From Chrysomallon squamiferum (lineage: Eukaryota; Animalia; Mollusca): a stretch of DNA of 64,000 nt. Every line of letters begins with the position of its first letter. The stretch's first letter is position 1. Location: assembly GCA_012295275.1 (NCBI GenBank), contig CM022674.1, forward strand, positions 15,748,001-15,812,000, given 5' to 3'. A program made the translations under genes and the position numbers. A model generated the notes under the pieces. It did not search any database, was not told the origin of the DNA, and worked only from the letters and a program-made list of their open reading frames with translations. This document shows positions 44,781-59,285 of the stretch, piece by piece.

Positions 44781-45602
44781 TTACAAAGGAGTCCCCAAAA
44801 TATAGTCTACACTTTGCGCACATTTTGGATCACTCTCACCTAATGACTGACTTCTGATCCTCATGTTATCAATATCGAGAGATTTGAACACCTGGTGGTG
44901 ATACAGTTTGGGATCGGAGACCATCTTCAAAAACTGATTTCTCCGCAGCCGTGCTCTTTGTAGATTGCATCTCTGATTGTCGAATATCATCTCATTATCG
45001 AACTCGGGGAAAACCTCGTCTTCAGAATCACTCAAACTCTCTTCAAGAACTTCCTTCTCAGCTTGTCGGTTGCTGTCGCGACGGTGTAACAATAGCTCTG
45101 ACGTCATCTTTACTATGACGTCCCAAGCATAGGTGATATCTTTGTCGCAGGCTCTTTCCGCACAAATGGCGAACCGAATGACGAAGTGTTCGTTGATTAA
45201 AGCTGGTACCATGTGTAGCTTCCGGGATTCATTGATCATGCGCAGTAATTTCTGAGTTAAACAGTTAGGACCCTTTGAAAAGAAATCATTTTGGGTAATT
45301 ACAGATTCTTTTAAATAATGCATATACCTGTTATTTTGTATTTTTTATCCTTACTATTTTATTCATGTTTTGGGTTTTTTTTTTTTTTTTATTATTATTA
45401 TTGTTACTAATGTTACATTTGTTGTACTGCGTTAAAATACATAAATGAACATTTCATGCTAGGGAACATTAATTATAATTTAATCCTGACCTTAAGTCGG
45501 AAACAAACGAGACCCATGATAACTTCTCCGAGTATTTCATACCGATCATCTTTTTCTACCAGACTTTCAAACAGCTTCGCCAGACGAACATGCTGAATAA
45601 TG

Positions 45603-45660
<58 letters not shown>

Positions 45661-45676
45661 TACGAGAGATATTTTT

Positions 45677-45745
<69 letters not shown>

Positions 45746-46940
45746 TGAAAAATCAATAGTGCCTCATTTACATTTGTTTTTTTAGGGGTCGGGGGACCTA
45801 GCCTTTTAGCCAGACCCGGACCTTTTCATGATTAGTATTGATATTGTGAAGATAGTCAATGTATTTTTAACACAGAGTATTAATATTTTAAACATGGCTT
45901 CAGAAAAATAATAATAATGCAGATAAAAATACGGATAAATAAATGGAAATAACTGAAACTACTTTGTATTACTTGTCAGTACTTAATATACACAACATTC
46001 ACTTGTACATATTTAAATATAAATCATATGTGTTCGGCCAGAATTAATTAATTACATATTTTATTGAAATGGAGCCTACATGTCCCATTTGATGTAGTAC
46101 TACATAATTTAAAACACCAAATAACGAACAATAAATTTATCAAAAATACAGAAAGGAAAAACCATCCAAGTTGTGAATTATTTTTCCTAAACTCAGTTTT
46201 GATATTATTAAAGATTTAAAGACAAATGTAGTATAATTTACCCGACTTATAAGTTAATTTGTGATATTAATCATAATTTTTCTTATTACTGTGTTATTAT
46301 TTTTGGACCATCATTACTATTTGATAATGAACTTGTTACTAACGCGATTCGTTTCATCAAGAACGAGAACTCTGCTATGCCTGTGAGACTTACCTCCCTT
46401 ATACGATGCTGAAGGCCTTCGACGCCGTAGGTTCGTAAAACGAACCAAAGTTTGAGAGATCGAAACCGCCTGCTTAAAGGTATTCCCCAGTGCTGATAAA
46501 TGAACAAATTATTAATCAATTAATTGTCTGATGACTATATTGAACTTACGACCCTGAGTAAGCATCAGGTATTGATATATAGATATGTGGATTCTTTTCC
46601 GGCTGGCTTTAACGGAAAACAACCCAGGTAGTGAAATGATCATACGATTTCGTTAAACTCTCTCAGCATAAATAACGATGAAAAGTCAATATAGATTAAT
46701 TAATTAATATTTACTTACTCTCAAGTCAATTGATTGGTCTCCATGTTTATGTTGTAGATAGAGTGGATCAACAGTTAGAGCTCCAGATAATGTGTCCTGT
46801 TCTCTCACCCTGAAATACATATACACATAGACAAACAAACAGAGATACGGACAGATAGACTGACAGATACATATATACTTATACATACATAGAGATAGAC
46901 AAATATATACATATATCCATATATATAGAGAGAGATAGAT

Positions 46941-47013
<73 letters not shown>

Positions 47014-48103
47014 GACATAAATATACAAACTGTAGAATGAATTAATAAACAAATAAATTAATAAACGAACACAAATATAAATTTTTGAGTAAACAGTCAA
47101 ATAAGTAAGTAGATAAATAAGTTAGTAAGTAAATAAATAAGACAAAAGTGTAAATATCTCAATAAGCTAATAAACAAACAAACAAAAACCAAAAAGTAAA
47201 TAATAAAAACCTGCAAAAATTATGTAACCTGATACATAAATTAATTCATCATAAACTAACTTACCACATTAATGAACAGTCAAAATTTATTTGCTACCAT
47301 TTATTTGTGTCGAAATTCAGAGAGTTGGCATTCTACAAAGTAAAAGAGAAATATGAATGAAAACATTACTAGAAGTAACTGTTTAAAATGTCAACCTTTG
47401 ACCTACATGAGTGTAGAGAAGCTAATAAACTTGAAATTAATGTCTGTCCTTTATCACGTTGTTATTTTTATATGTGAGATTGCTTGTAGTTTAAATATAT
47501 ATTTTTTCTTAATTAATATTAGTAGTAGTAGTAGTAGTGGTATTGTTGTTGTTGTTGTTGTTTTTGTTGCTGTTGTCGTTGTTGTTTTTGTCATTGTTTA
47601 TATATAAATATATTCTATTTGATTTAGAATATGCAACAGTGTTTAATCGATTGTGGTATTTAGATTTATACATTTTACTGTATGAATAGGTTACTCTAAT
47701 AAGTTTCTTTCTTTCTTTCCCTCTTTCCTTTTTTTTTCATTTATTACTTCTACTACTACTGCTACTATTACAGTACTAGTACTATTATTACTATTATTAT
47801 TATTATTATTATGATTGTTATTATTATTTAATCTCAAATACCTCAACCCCTTTTAAAAGATGTTGAAATTCAGGACAGATGAAGGCGTTGCCGGCGTATG
47901 CAGCGTCCACGTTAAGCCAGACGTCTTCTTTGGCGCACACCTCACCAATTTCCTCCAGGTTGTCGAATGAACAGCAAGCCGTCGTCCCCAACGTAGCACA
48001 CACGTACAAAACAAAACTCAGACTACGAGGATAATAATCAACATCCGTAAACAAGTACAAAACATGCAAACAAGCAAATACACAAAGACACAAACACAAA
48101 CAA

Positions 48104-48137
<34 letters not shown>

Positions 48138-51104
48138 TATACTAACTGCACGGCAAAATAAATAACTAAAATTTAGAAAACAAACAAACGTAAAACCAAA
48201 ACGATATTAAACAAGATCAGAGACATGCATATACGGGCATCTTTAAATACCCCAAAACACACAAACACACACCAAAAATACTTACGTAGAAAGGTATCAG
48301 TCCCAATCGACGATCTTCCTTTAAAAACAAGTAGATAAAAATATTTAATATTAAACATAAAAAAGAACTTATTTCTGTTATGATAATACTTTTAAAAATC
48401 GTTAAAACTATTTAACATTAATAATACAAACGTAATTTACACTAATGTTACAACAGTGTCTGTATTTAAAACGTGACAAATTATTTATTTGTGTTTTATT
48501 TTTATTTTTTACTATTATTGTTTTAATGCAATATTTAACTAATGTTATAAAATATAACAAAATTTAACATAAATATAAAAAGACGTACGTATTATATTTT
48601 ATAAAAAATGTTTTACATTGAAATTTTAATACTAATTATATTTTAAAATACAAAAAGTTATTTATTAGTATTGGAAAAACAATTTACATTTATATTACAA
48701 ACATATTTTACATTAATATTATAAATATATTGTACATTAAATAAGAAATGAAAAGTAATCTAAATTAACATTATAAATAATCTGCATATTTTAAACATGT
48801 TTTACATAAATAAATAACACATAAATAAACAAATACATATACAATAAAACTTCAAAGCCCACAAAAGAACTCAGAACCATTAAAGAGATGTCTCTATCGT
48901 TAAAACATCAATGAAAAGGAAATAATGTACCTGTATTGCCCGTTCTAGAACGTGTCCCCGTAGTGAGAACTTCTCATCAACATCTAGTTGTTTCATCTTG
49001 ACAAAACCAATCATTCCTGCTTTCTCAACACACGAATGAGCCTGAAACGTGTCAAAGTAGATCACTATGAAAACAGACTGGTAAGCAAATCGTGTGGGAT
49101 CCAAGAAAACTGATTTCAAGAGATAAACAAGATAGGTCGATGGACGGACGAATGAAACAGACTGACATACATACAAACATGTGAACGAACAGACACATAT
49201 TCATACATAACAGACAGACAGATGGACGGAGAGAGAGTGAAAGGTAAAAAGACAGAAGAATAGTTTTGACACACAGATAAGACAGTAATTAAATAAACTA
49301 AGAGATAATACAGTAAATAAGCTAACAAACTGAACCATAAAGTAGACTTGCTAAAGGACAGATCACAAAAAATTAATACTGACTAGTTTTGACGAAGAAG
49401 CTACGAGCCTCGATAACAACATTCCATCTTCGATGGCAGGGAGGCGACTCTTGAGTTTGCCGATGGCGGCATGTCTGGCGGCGAGTAAGGCTACCAGCAC
49501 ACACTCGCTAGCTGATCCCTGGATATTAAATATTAATTTTGTTTTAATGTTTACTGTAGATTTTGGATTTTAAATATGTATTTCTCTAGTGTTTGCTGTA
49601 GAATTCATAGGTAAAATGGATCATTAACGTAAACTGTGAGTGTTTCAAACAGCGTGAACCGTACTATATTTATATAAAGTATTGTTTGACTCCTTATTGA
49701 GAGAGAGAGAGAGTCAAACAATACGGTCTTGCTACACAATGAACAAAACAATTCACCTCCCGTTGCAGAACATTAGCAGTGTGTGGTTGCTATATCATTA
49801 AGCCTATATATATATATATATGTTCTGCGAGGAGTAGTCAAACATTTTGTTCATTATGCAGCAAGTCCTTATTGATTATTTATTTTATTGTCAAATTAAC
49901 AGGTACATTTATATAAAAACGAATAATTATTTAAAGGGCACGCCTATAACGTCTTTGTACCTGAATAACTCCACCCCCTCCTCCTGATTCGTTCAAGAAA
50001 GTTTTGGGAAGACCAATCAGTTTTCCTAAAGCGAAAACTATATATCAGTTAGTTTATACCAACTGGCAGCTGATTGATATAGCAACAGCTGTTCTCATGA
50101 ATAAAATAATTAATGAATAATATGAATATACAGATAGATAAACATATACAAACGTACTCACATATACACATATATACATATACAAACCAGTTTATATATA
50201 TAAAACACACATACACACTAACATACATACATACATATATACATATGCGCATACTGACAAACATACGTACTCACACATATATATATAAAAAAAAAACACC
50301 ACATATATACACACATACATACATAGAGACATATATATATATTAATAGACAGACGTACGTGATTCATAAATAGATAAATATGTATGTTTGTATATAATAC
50401 TACAGATACACTTACCTACCCAGTCCAGTGTAATTGTTTCAAGTTATGTGCACGCTGGACTAGCAGCCTGCATTAAAACGAAAATATTAAAACAAATTAA
50501 AAACGTAAACGTCAAACCACATTAAATCAAAACATCTGATACTTGCATAGAAAAACAAGAAGAAAAACATACTACGGAATCAAAAGCTCTGATACTTACC
50601 CATGAGAAACCTATGCAGCCAATGGCATCGGATAACATATCTCCAAGGATGGATGGATACAAATTACCCGCAGGAAAGTACGCGTGGAAGTCTGGATGCT
50701 GCCAGTGAGTAATCTGAAATATAAAACACACACATGTGTGTGTAAGTATATATGTATATATATATACACACACATGCACACACATACACATATACTTATA
50801 TAAACACACACATGTATTATATTCATTCTATACAAACACATTACTCACACACACACACACATAGACACTCAGACACATATAGACGCACACATATGTATCT
50901 CACCCCAGGCATTATTGCTCGTTCAACATCCTTCATTATTTCTTCGAAATCTTCGCCTTTATTCGGAGCGTTTTTCGGAAGTAGTTCCCTTAAATATCCG
51001 GGTTCGACGTCCGGTGTAACCTTGTGCAGATGCAAGTTGTCCATGTAGTCAGCAATATAGTCCACAAGGATTTTGCCGTGTTTTCTAAACTCTAACGATT
51101 CCAT
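44781..51104 (-). pseudogene. Tdc2: Tyrosine decarboxylase (Tdc2-type PLP-dependent aromatic amino-acid decarboxylase), full 13-exon structure but apparently disabled
   Basis: Exons: 50904-51104, 50600-50713, 50416-50467, 49961-50025, 49384-49518, 48931-49041, 48286-48318, 47842-48003, 47265-47332, 46719-46809, 46394-46492, 45491-45592, 44781-45272. Motifs: [59 protein letters not shown] (PLP lysine), [16 protein letters not shown] and the TDC-type tail KMVSDPK. Lesions: TAA at 50444-50446, TAG at 47294-47296, and exon-8 acceptor AC instead of AG at 48004-48005. Confidence 0.93.
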
Positions 51105-51130
51105 TGTTATCGAGCTTTGAAATAATAATA

Positions 51131-51183
<53 letters not shown>

Positions 51184-51324
51184 CAAATCGAATTTAAAGA
51201 AGAACAGAGATAACAAAGAAGATCTGTGTAGAACATACGCTCAGATTAGTAAACAAAATGAAAAAGTACTTACAATCAACAAATTGTACCCTGGATCCCT
51301 TTTAAAACTTCAAAACAATAAGTC

Positions 51325-53764
51325 TTACAGAAAAGGAGCAGACGAGTTTTATATCAGCTCACTTTGAAGATGAAAGCAAAAAAAGAAATTAGGTTGAAAT
51401 CACAACAAGACCAAGAAAACCCAGAAGTGGTTTTGCAGATTTTGCAAAAGATGTTTCAAGTTAGATCATCAATGCATGAACTTCGGAATTTTTTTTTGAT
51501 CAATCACAGAAGGAAGATGAATCACTGAGATGATTCTGTTACTGTCTAGAGTGTACAGAAAAAACGCAGTCTCATACTATTTCCAGGAGAGAATTTGCCA
51601 GAACTGTTTCTGACTGTCCTATATTTCAAGTGCCCGTCATAGGTGTGCAAGTTGATTTTGTTAAATACTGGGTCAGTGGTAAACGAGGATTTCTTACACA
51701 ATAACGTTGCTCCACTGTGTATACTGAACTCCTTACAAAACAACTCTCCTGAAACATTGCTTCAGAGAAGGGACATTTTAGATGTTCCTATACTTTCTGT
51801 ATGGTACTGTTGTTTATGTAAATTTATTTGATATTCACATACAGAGACAAACATGGGTATTTATAACATTAAAACAGCATGGTTCAAACTGAAACCAACC
51901 AATTTCTGTTTACTTATGAAAGAAATGAAATATCGAGGACATATGCTATCTAGAGATGAGGTATCTACAGATCCAGACAAAATAAAAGCACTTGCAGAAT
52001 GGAAAATTCCAAAGACAGCAAAGTTGTTTTTCGGGTTTTCCAGTTACTATAGACGACATGTTAAAGGATGCTTACATACATCAAGACCTTTGAATTCTTT
52101 GGCGAACAGGTTACGAGATAAGAAAAATTAATCATTGTTAAACAGTGCTTGGCATGAGAGTTGTCAACAAGCTTTCGAAACATTAAAGAAAAACATTATA
52201 TTCAGCTCCAATCGGTGAACCGTTTATTCTGGAAACTGATGCATTTTTTCAAAGCCCTGGACGGGTATAGTCACACGAGAAGAAGGGGCAAAGCAAAGTG
52301 ACTGCAGATGCAAGCCGTTTGTTAAGACACACTGAGAAGAGAATGAATAATTACAGTTCTATGAAGTTAGAGCTTGCTGCTCTGAAATCGGCTGTGACTG
52401 AAAAGTTTAAAGTTTATCTTCTTTCACCCTATGTCAAGAGAACAATCCACAAAGTCATCTCGGTACCGTAAAATTAGGAGCAGAGACGGGTGTCTCAGCT
52501 GCCACCATTTAATATCGATGCGAAATATTATTCAGCGCAACACAATAAGAAAGCCTATGGTCTATAGAGGAAGACATTTCAAGGAAAGACGTCTACTTCA
52601 ATGGAAGCTGCTTTGACAAATGCTGCTACTCATACAGACGTTCTACAAACAATCAGAAAAGTTTTCCAGAGTGATGGAAGAAAAGTCACTTAGGCAACTG
52701 TCATAGTTGAACAGTTTAATGAAATTATGGAAGTTACAACATCATTTCAGAGTTTATTGATTCTCTTTTATAGCTGAGGAACTGAAACCTCCAGGACAGG
52801 AAAAAGATTCAAGACGACTGAGAAGTTAAATGTACAGAGTCACTGAAATGCTGGATCAAGATGGAAGGATATAAAAAAGGTATTTTGATTGGGGTTGAAC
52901 ATCAGTCAGACGATGCCAGAAATAACCATCATCGAGTGAGGATGATGATCCAAATTAATTTTTGGCAAATAATATAACAGCATCACATCATGCACAAAAC
53001 GTAGCAAGGGCCTTGCTGACACCGGGTCAGCGTACAACAAAAAGTAAAAATAGAATTCCATATAACCTGGCAGCAATAACAAACGTGCAGGTCAAAATGA
53101 GAAATTTGTCCCATTTACATAATGATGATGTTTTGATCAGACTTAGTGTTACATTAACGCTACAGACAATGAAACACGTAAGCAGTGTTTTGAGTCACAG
53201 AAATACCTAATAACGTGGAATTCCAACACGATAAGTATAATAGATTAAGGCAGCAACAAGTCTAGCTCATCTGTCATTTATCTTCAAAGAGCCGACTGCT
53301 ATGCTCATGGCAATGACTGAAATGATATCTACTTCAAACACAAGTATTTTAGTTTTCTTTTTCCAATTTCTTTTTTTTTTCTTGTTGTTTTTTTTTTTTT
53401 TTGGTTTTTGGTTTTTGTTCTTTTGTGTTTTTTATTTATGATATTTGTAGATTATACTTTATAACATTATTTCCCTTTGTTTAACCTAAAAGAACTTGGA
53501 AAATTCCTCAGAGAGACGTCGGATATTAATATATGGGAAACACTGTCGCTGAGGCTGTTTTAAGGAACAGTAATGACATGCTAGTATTGGTCAGGTGTGT
53601 GGGATGTTACCTGTGTGACTGGGGTGAAAGAGAGTTCAAGAAAGAAGAGAGAATATCTGGCAAGAGAGAAAGACGTGTTGGCCAATTCTCTGCGTTACAA
53701 TTACGATACTATCATCTATAATGATCTACAATAAGTGTCTATCATGTACAATCCTCAACAGACA
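51325..53764 (+). mobile_element. Degenerate Ty3/Gypsy LTR retrotransposon, copy 2
   Basis: Gag-like EQTSFISAHFEDE.AKKEIRL..QENPEVVLQILQKMF at 51336-51457 and protease-like LLNTGS at 51658. Most of the RT is deleted at ~51745. LKPTNFC..DPDKIKAL.EW..P and FFGFSSYYRRHV follow. Colinear with 7876-10935. Confidence 0.9.
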
Positions 53765-54849
53765 TTAAATATAGAATCGAGATCCAACTTGTGCAGTTCT
53801 TGTGTTAGGATGCATAACGATGACGATGATGATGGTGATAGCAGTAGTAGTAGCAGTAGCAGTAGCAGTAGTAGTAGTAGTAGTAGTAGTAGTAGAAGAA
53901 TAGGAGAAGTGCTGGTAAAAAAGATGATACTAATAATAACACTGATGATAACAACGACGATGATGATTATGTTGATGATGATGATGATGATGAAGACGAA
54001 AAATAAGAAGAAATAACCAAGAAATTTGAAAACAAAATGAACAACATAAATCCAGTAGCATCATCACTGCACGAAAAAATAATTACACACATTTTGCAGT
54101 CAGTCTTCAGTATTTTAATTTAATTGTAAAGCTATAATGCCAGTTATAGAAATATTAAGCTGTGTGCTGTGATTATTAGCTGCATATGACAATCTAGAAT
54201 AAACTAAATATAATATTTTCATTATTTTATAGTACGTATTCTCCGCTATATGGTGTATTTGTTGTGTATGTATAGGTAATTTTGTGTATATGCGTCTGTC
54301 TGTCTCTATCCATCTACCTACCTACCTGTCTGTCTGTGTGTCTGTGTGTGTGTCTGCCTGCCTATCTCCACGTATACACTGTCTGTCTGTGCACACTATA
54401 TGTTTGTACATATACATTATTTCATTACGTTATTGTCTCTTTCTCTTTCTGTATGTATATACTCAATTTACTTGTAACTGTAGGTATGTATATACAAATG
54501 TATTGATGTATTATTATTTGTATAGCATACAATTTCTCTCTTTCTCTCTCTACTTATTTATCACAAAGGTGTGTGTTAAAATACTAATTTATTCTGATTA
54601 TTTTGTTATTTCTAAGTGTTCAGTTACTTGTATTTGACAATACACTAAACATGTTCAGTATACACACTCCACTGCTCATCTACATAACGACAGCTGCGCG
54701 TACGCGTGGCTGTGTAGTGAGATAGTGCAAATATGTTACAATGACGTCATAACATAGAAAGTAGACATAACATGAAAAAGTGAAATATTTATATGTAATT
54801 ACTGTAGGCTTTTAACATATAGTGTTGTCGTCGTTGTTGTTGTTGTTTG

Positions 54850-54899
<50 letters not shown>

Positions 54900-55039
54900 T
54901 GTTGTTGTTGTTGTCTACTTTTAGCTCGATGATATTACCGATGACGATGGTGATGATGATAATGATAACAATAAACTAATATAATATTCACCATCAACAT
55001 ACACATAATATGTATAACCATTCATTTAGAAAGAGATGC

Positions 55040-55680
55040 AAACATATCCATCCATCCATACATACATGCATGGAAACATACATACGTACTGGGATGTTGT
55101 TGTTGTTGTTGTCTCGATAGCGGAACGGTAACATCATCCGCCTTCCGAGTACGGGCGAATGGGTGTCATACGTTCAAGTTTCCTCAGCGGCATCTGATGG
55201 AGTTTGTGAGGTCGTGACCGGACTTTGTTTCCTGAGCCAGTGCGTTCCCGAATATTATGTGCAGAGTCTAATCAGATGTAAATAAGACAGAGAATATTCA
55301 AATTCTTAAATACCTACATGCATACATTCACATATTAACATAAATAATATGTAAACATATCCATCCATCCATACATACATGCATGCAAACATACATACAT
55401 ACTCGGATACGTTAACAATCATTTTCTTCTTTTTTTTTTCTTTTTTATATTTTTTTTGTCTCGATAGCGGAACGGTAACATCATCCGCCTTCCGAGGACG
55501 GGCGAATGGGTGTCATACGTTCAAGTTTCCTCAGCGACGTGTCTGACGGAGTTTTTGAGGTCGCGACCGGACTTTGTTTCCTGAGCCAGTGCGTTCCCGA
55601 ATATTATCTATGTGCAGAGTCTAATCAGATGTAAATAAAACAGAAAATATTCAAATCCTTAAATACCTGCATGCATACAT
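55040..55680. repeat. Local ~350-bp tandem duplication of an exon-like segment
   Basis: GTCTCGATAGCGGAACGGTAACATCATCC... occurs at 55111 and 55458, but only once in the paralog at 12199. Confidence 0.9.
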
Positions 55681-56623
55681 TCACGTACTAACATAAATCA
55701 TATGTAAATGCATGGACACATTTATAAATATATATTCTTTTCTAATTGAACACAGATGTTAACATTTCAAAGCTGGAATTATTGCAGACAAAATATAAAT
55801 AGAATAATAAAAACTACTTACGATGCACGGAAGATGGATGCAACAGGCCTGTTTCTTCATTATGTATCTTACCTCATTAGAAAAGTGAATTATAACATAA
55901 ATAATATCAACACTAATAGCAACAGCAGTAGCACCAACAACAGTTGTAACAGAAATAAATCAATAATTCAGTTAGAAACTTGTATCACTATGTTTCTTTC
56001 ACTATATTATATATATATATACATTGCATAATTAGTGCGCCACGTGTATTTTTTCAACTGTACATTCATTTGTTATAAAGTATCATCTCTAAATAAACAA
56101 ACAAATCAAACCAAGTAAATAACAAGAGCAGCAGCAACAACAACAGCTATCAAAGCAATAAATAAATAATTCAGTTACAAAGATATGTTTCAAGCTAATC
56201 TAGTATATACATATACATACATACGTATATATATATATATATATATATCTGATATATTTGACGCATCATGTGTATTTTTAAAGTATCATCTCTAAATAGA
56301 TAGATAAATAAATAAATAAATAAATAATATAATAAAAGATATACAATTTTTTCTTGTTCGTATGCAAGCCGCAAATGCTATAGCCGGAAGTTGCGACTCG
56401 TTTGCTATGATCTGGAACCTAACGTGCACAAACCGGAAGAACGTGTTGCAAAAACAAAGAATGGTTGTCAACAACAAATGAAAGTAGAAACTTCTAACAG
56501 ATCAGGTGAACTGATTTTCTGATGATATTAGTGAGACAGGATACGTGTGTGTTTATTATGCTGGTTGATGATATTACAAGATAAAATCATGGTAAGAATA
56601 ATCTGAAATCATGTACGTGTACA

Positions 56624-56675
<52 letters not shown>

Positions 56676-57024
56676 TTACGCCCTCTGAACAAGAAGGATC
56701 TGACCGTATGTAGATCTCAACACTGACATTCAGAAATCTACCTCCATTTTGGTGTGAAACAAGCCAGATGACCCAAACAAATTCGAAAACATTAAAACAA
56801 AGACGACTGCTGAGGAGACCTGCATTTGTTTCCAGTGATGATGTACAGAGACAAAAAAAAGTGTAAGTAGAAAAATATTGTACAAGAAAAATAACTTTCG
56901 ATTAAGATATTTTGTACCTCACTTTCTCTTATTTTAAAATGTTTTTCCCTGTTAATGTTTTAAAGTGTATTCTGTTGTTATCCTATACCTTAACATCCTA
57001 CTTTACTGATTTTTTTTAAAAACG

Positions 57025-57275
<251 letters not shown>

Positions 57276-57813
57276 AATACATAAATAATTTATTTGTATT
57301 CTATAAAAATTGCAGATTTTACCCATGTCTTTCGTCCAAGAAGCCTGCATGTTCAGAAATTCTCCCAGACAATTGGTGGCCTTTAGACTGTTATCAAACA
57401 GCAGAAATGGTAAAATTAAAACTTGATAACATAACCAAATACGAAGAGCTGAAAACTGTGATGAAATTATTTTTCTCTACTATCAACAAATCCAAAGTTA
57501 TATTTAAATCTTTGTTTCGTATCCAGAATCTACCAATGTGGGAAAAATACTGTAGGTAAGAGTCGACATTTCATGAAATATTATTCATTGACATACATTT
57601 AATCAGCATGTTCTCATTAAATAAATAATCGAAACTTCGTATATTCTAGTAGTGTAGAAAGAAGATCAATCAATGAAAGTAATTTGATATTTTTTAGAAT
57701 AAATAAGTGAGTGATTTACAATTGCAAATGACAGATGTTTAGCTGGTTTCAGTAGTTCTGGTAACAAACAATATATTTCCAACAGTCAGCAATAGAAGAC
57801 TAATCAGTTTGAT

Positions 57814-57844
<31 letters not shown>

Positions 57845-58509
57845 GTTATCCAGATATTGATGATAGAAGTAGTTTCTTCAAAGAAATATTAGCCATCCAT
57901 CTTTTCAGTACTTGAAATTAATTACTATACTGGTAGAGTTCTATTTAGAAATATGTTTGTTAACAATATTATAGATGTATCATATTTTTTTTTCGGTGTT
58001 CTGTTTCTTGAGTTAATATGAGTTATTGGAGTATGAGAAAAGCAATGTTGATGAAAAGGGATGATGAAGGAAATATTAACGAAAGATTTCTCTTTCATGG
58101 AACTAGAGATGACGTCAACGTCATACGCGGAATCCGCCAAAAAAACATCGATTTCAGGCTGAGTGGCAAACATGGAACAGTTTACGGCAAAGGAGCTTAT
58201 TTTTCCCGGGATGCCAAATACAGCCACTGCTACACTACAGGATCACATTGCTTCATGTTCATTTCAAAAGTTCTTGTAGGACAGTATGCAAAAGGTGAAA
58301 GTTCTAAGAAAGGACATGTTCTTTGTGATTCCTGTGTCAATGATATAAATAATCCATCAATTTTTGACAATTCTCAGTGTTTCTAATTGAATATTCTGTG
58401 AACAGCACACACGTATTACCTATATCAAGCTCTTCAGTACCTATTTCACAGGCCTCTACACTTACCAGTAACACTCAAATGCACACATCAGTTAGCAGTA
58501 CAGCCATTA

Positions 58510-59285
58510 CTTCCAACACAACACCAATTTTTCACACTTCTTCTTCTACAGTAAATACTACCAACACAACCCCAAGTTCAACTTGTACAGCAACTACTTC
58601 CAAAACAACCCCAAGTTCAACTTATACAGCAAGTACTTCGAACAGAACACAAAGTTCACCTTCTAGAGCAAGTTCTTCGAACACAACAACAAGTTCAACT
58701 TCGACAGCAAGTGCTTCGAACGCAACACCATGTTCAACATCTACAGCAAGAACATCCAGCACAACATCAACTTTAACTTCTACAGCAAATACTCCCAACA
58801 CAACACCAAGTTCAACTTCCCAACAGCAAGTTCAACTTCTACAGCAAATACTTCCAACACAACAACAAGTTCACTTCTACAGCAAGTTCAACACAACACC
58901 AAGTTCAAGAACTTACAACCTTACAACACACAACAACCAAGTTCAACTTCTACAGCAAGTACTTACAACACAACACCAAGTTCAACTTCTACAGCAAGTA
59001 CTTCCAACACAACAAGTTACTTACAACACAACACCAAGTTCAACTTCTACAGCAAGTACTTCCAACACAACACCAAGTTCAACTTCTACAGCAAGTACTC
59101 CCAACACAACACCAAGTTCAACTTCTACAGCAAATACTTCCAACACAACACCAAGTTCAACTTCTACAGCAAGTACTTCCAACACAACACCAACACAACA
59201 CCAAGTTCAACTTCTACAGCATGTACTTACAACACAACACCAAGTTCAACTTCTACAGCATGTACTTACAACACAACACCAAGAT
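58510..59285 (+). repeat. 39-bp tandem array encoding NTTPSSTSTASTS
   Basis: Unit ACACAACACCAAGTTCAACTTCTACAGCAAGTACTTCCA; related to the 48-bp unit at 41023-42600. Confidence 0.9.

Noticed and set aside
48004-48285. Minor-spliceosome (AT-AC) intron explaining the AC acceptor
   Set aside because: The donor is GTAAGT, not the U12 RTATCCTT, and nearby upstream AGs are out of frame.
47294-50446. Rescue of the Tdc stops by A-to-I editing or readthrough
   Set aside because: Editing would put Trp at a conserved Glu and cannot convert the AC acceptor to AG. Other conserved residues are also altered, so pseudogenisation is simpler.
57925-58227. Minus-strand ORFs 57925-58227 and 40362-40667 as a conserved gene pair
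   Set aside because: They are antisense shadows of the PARP catalytic exon.
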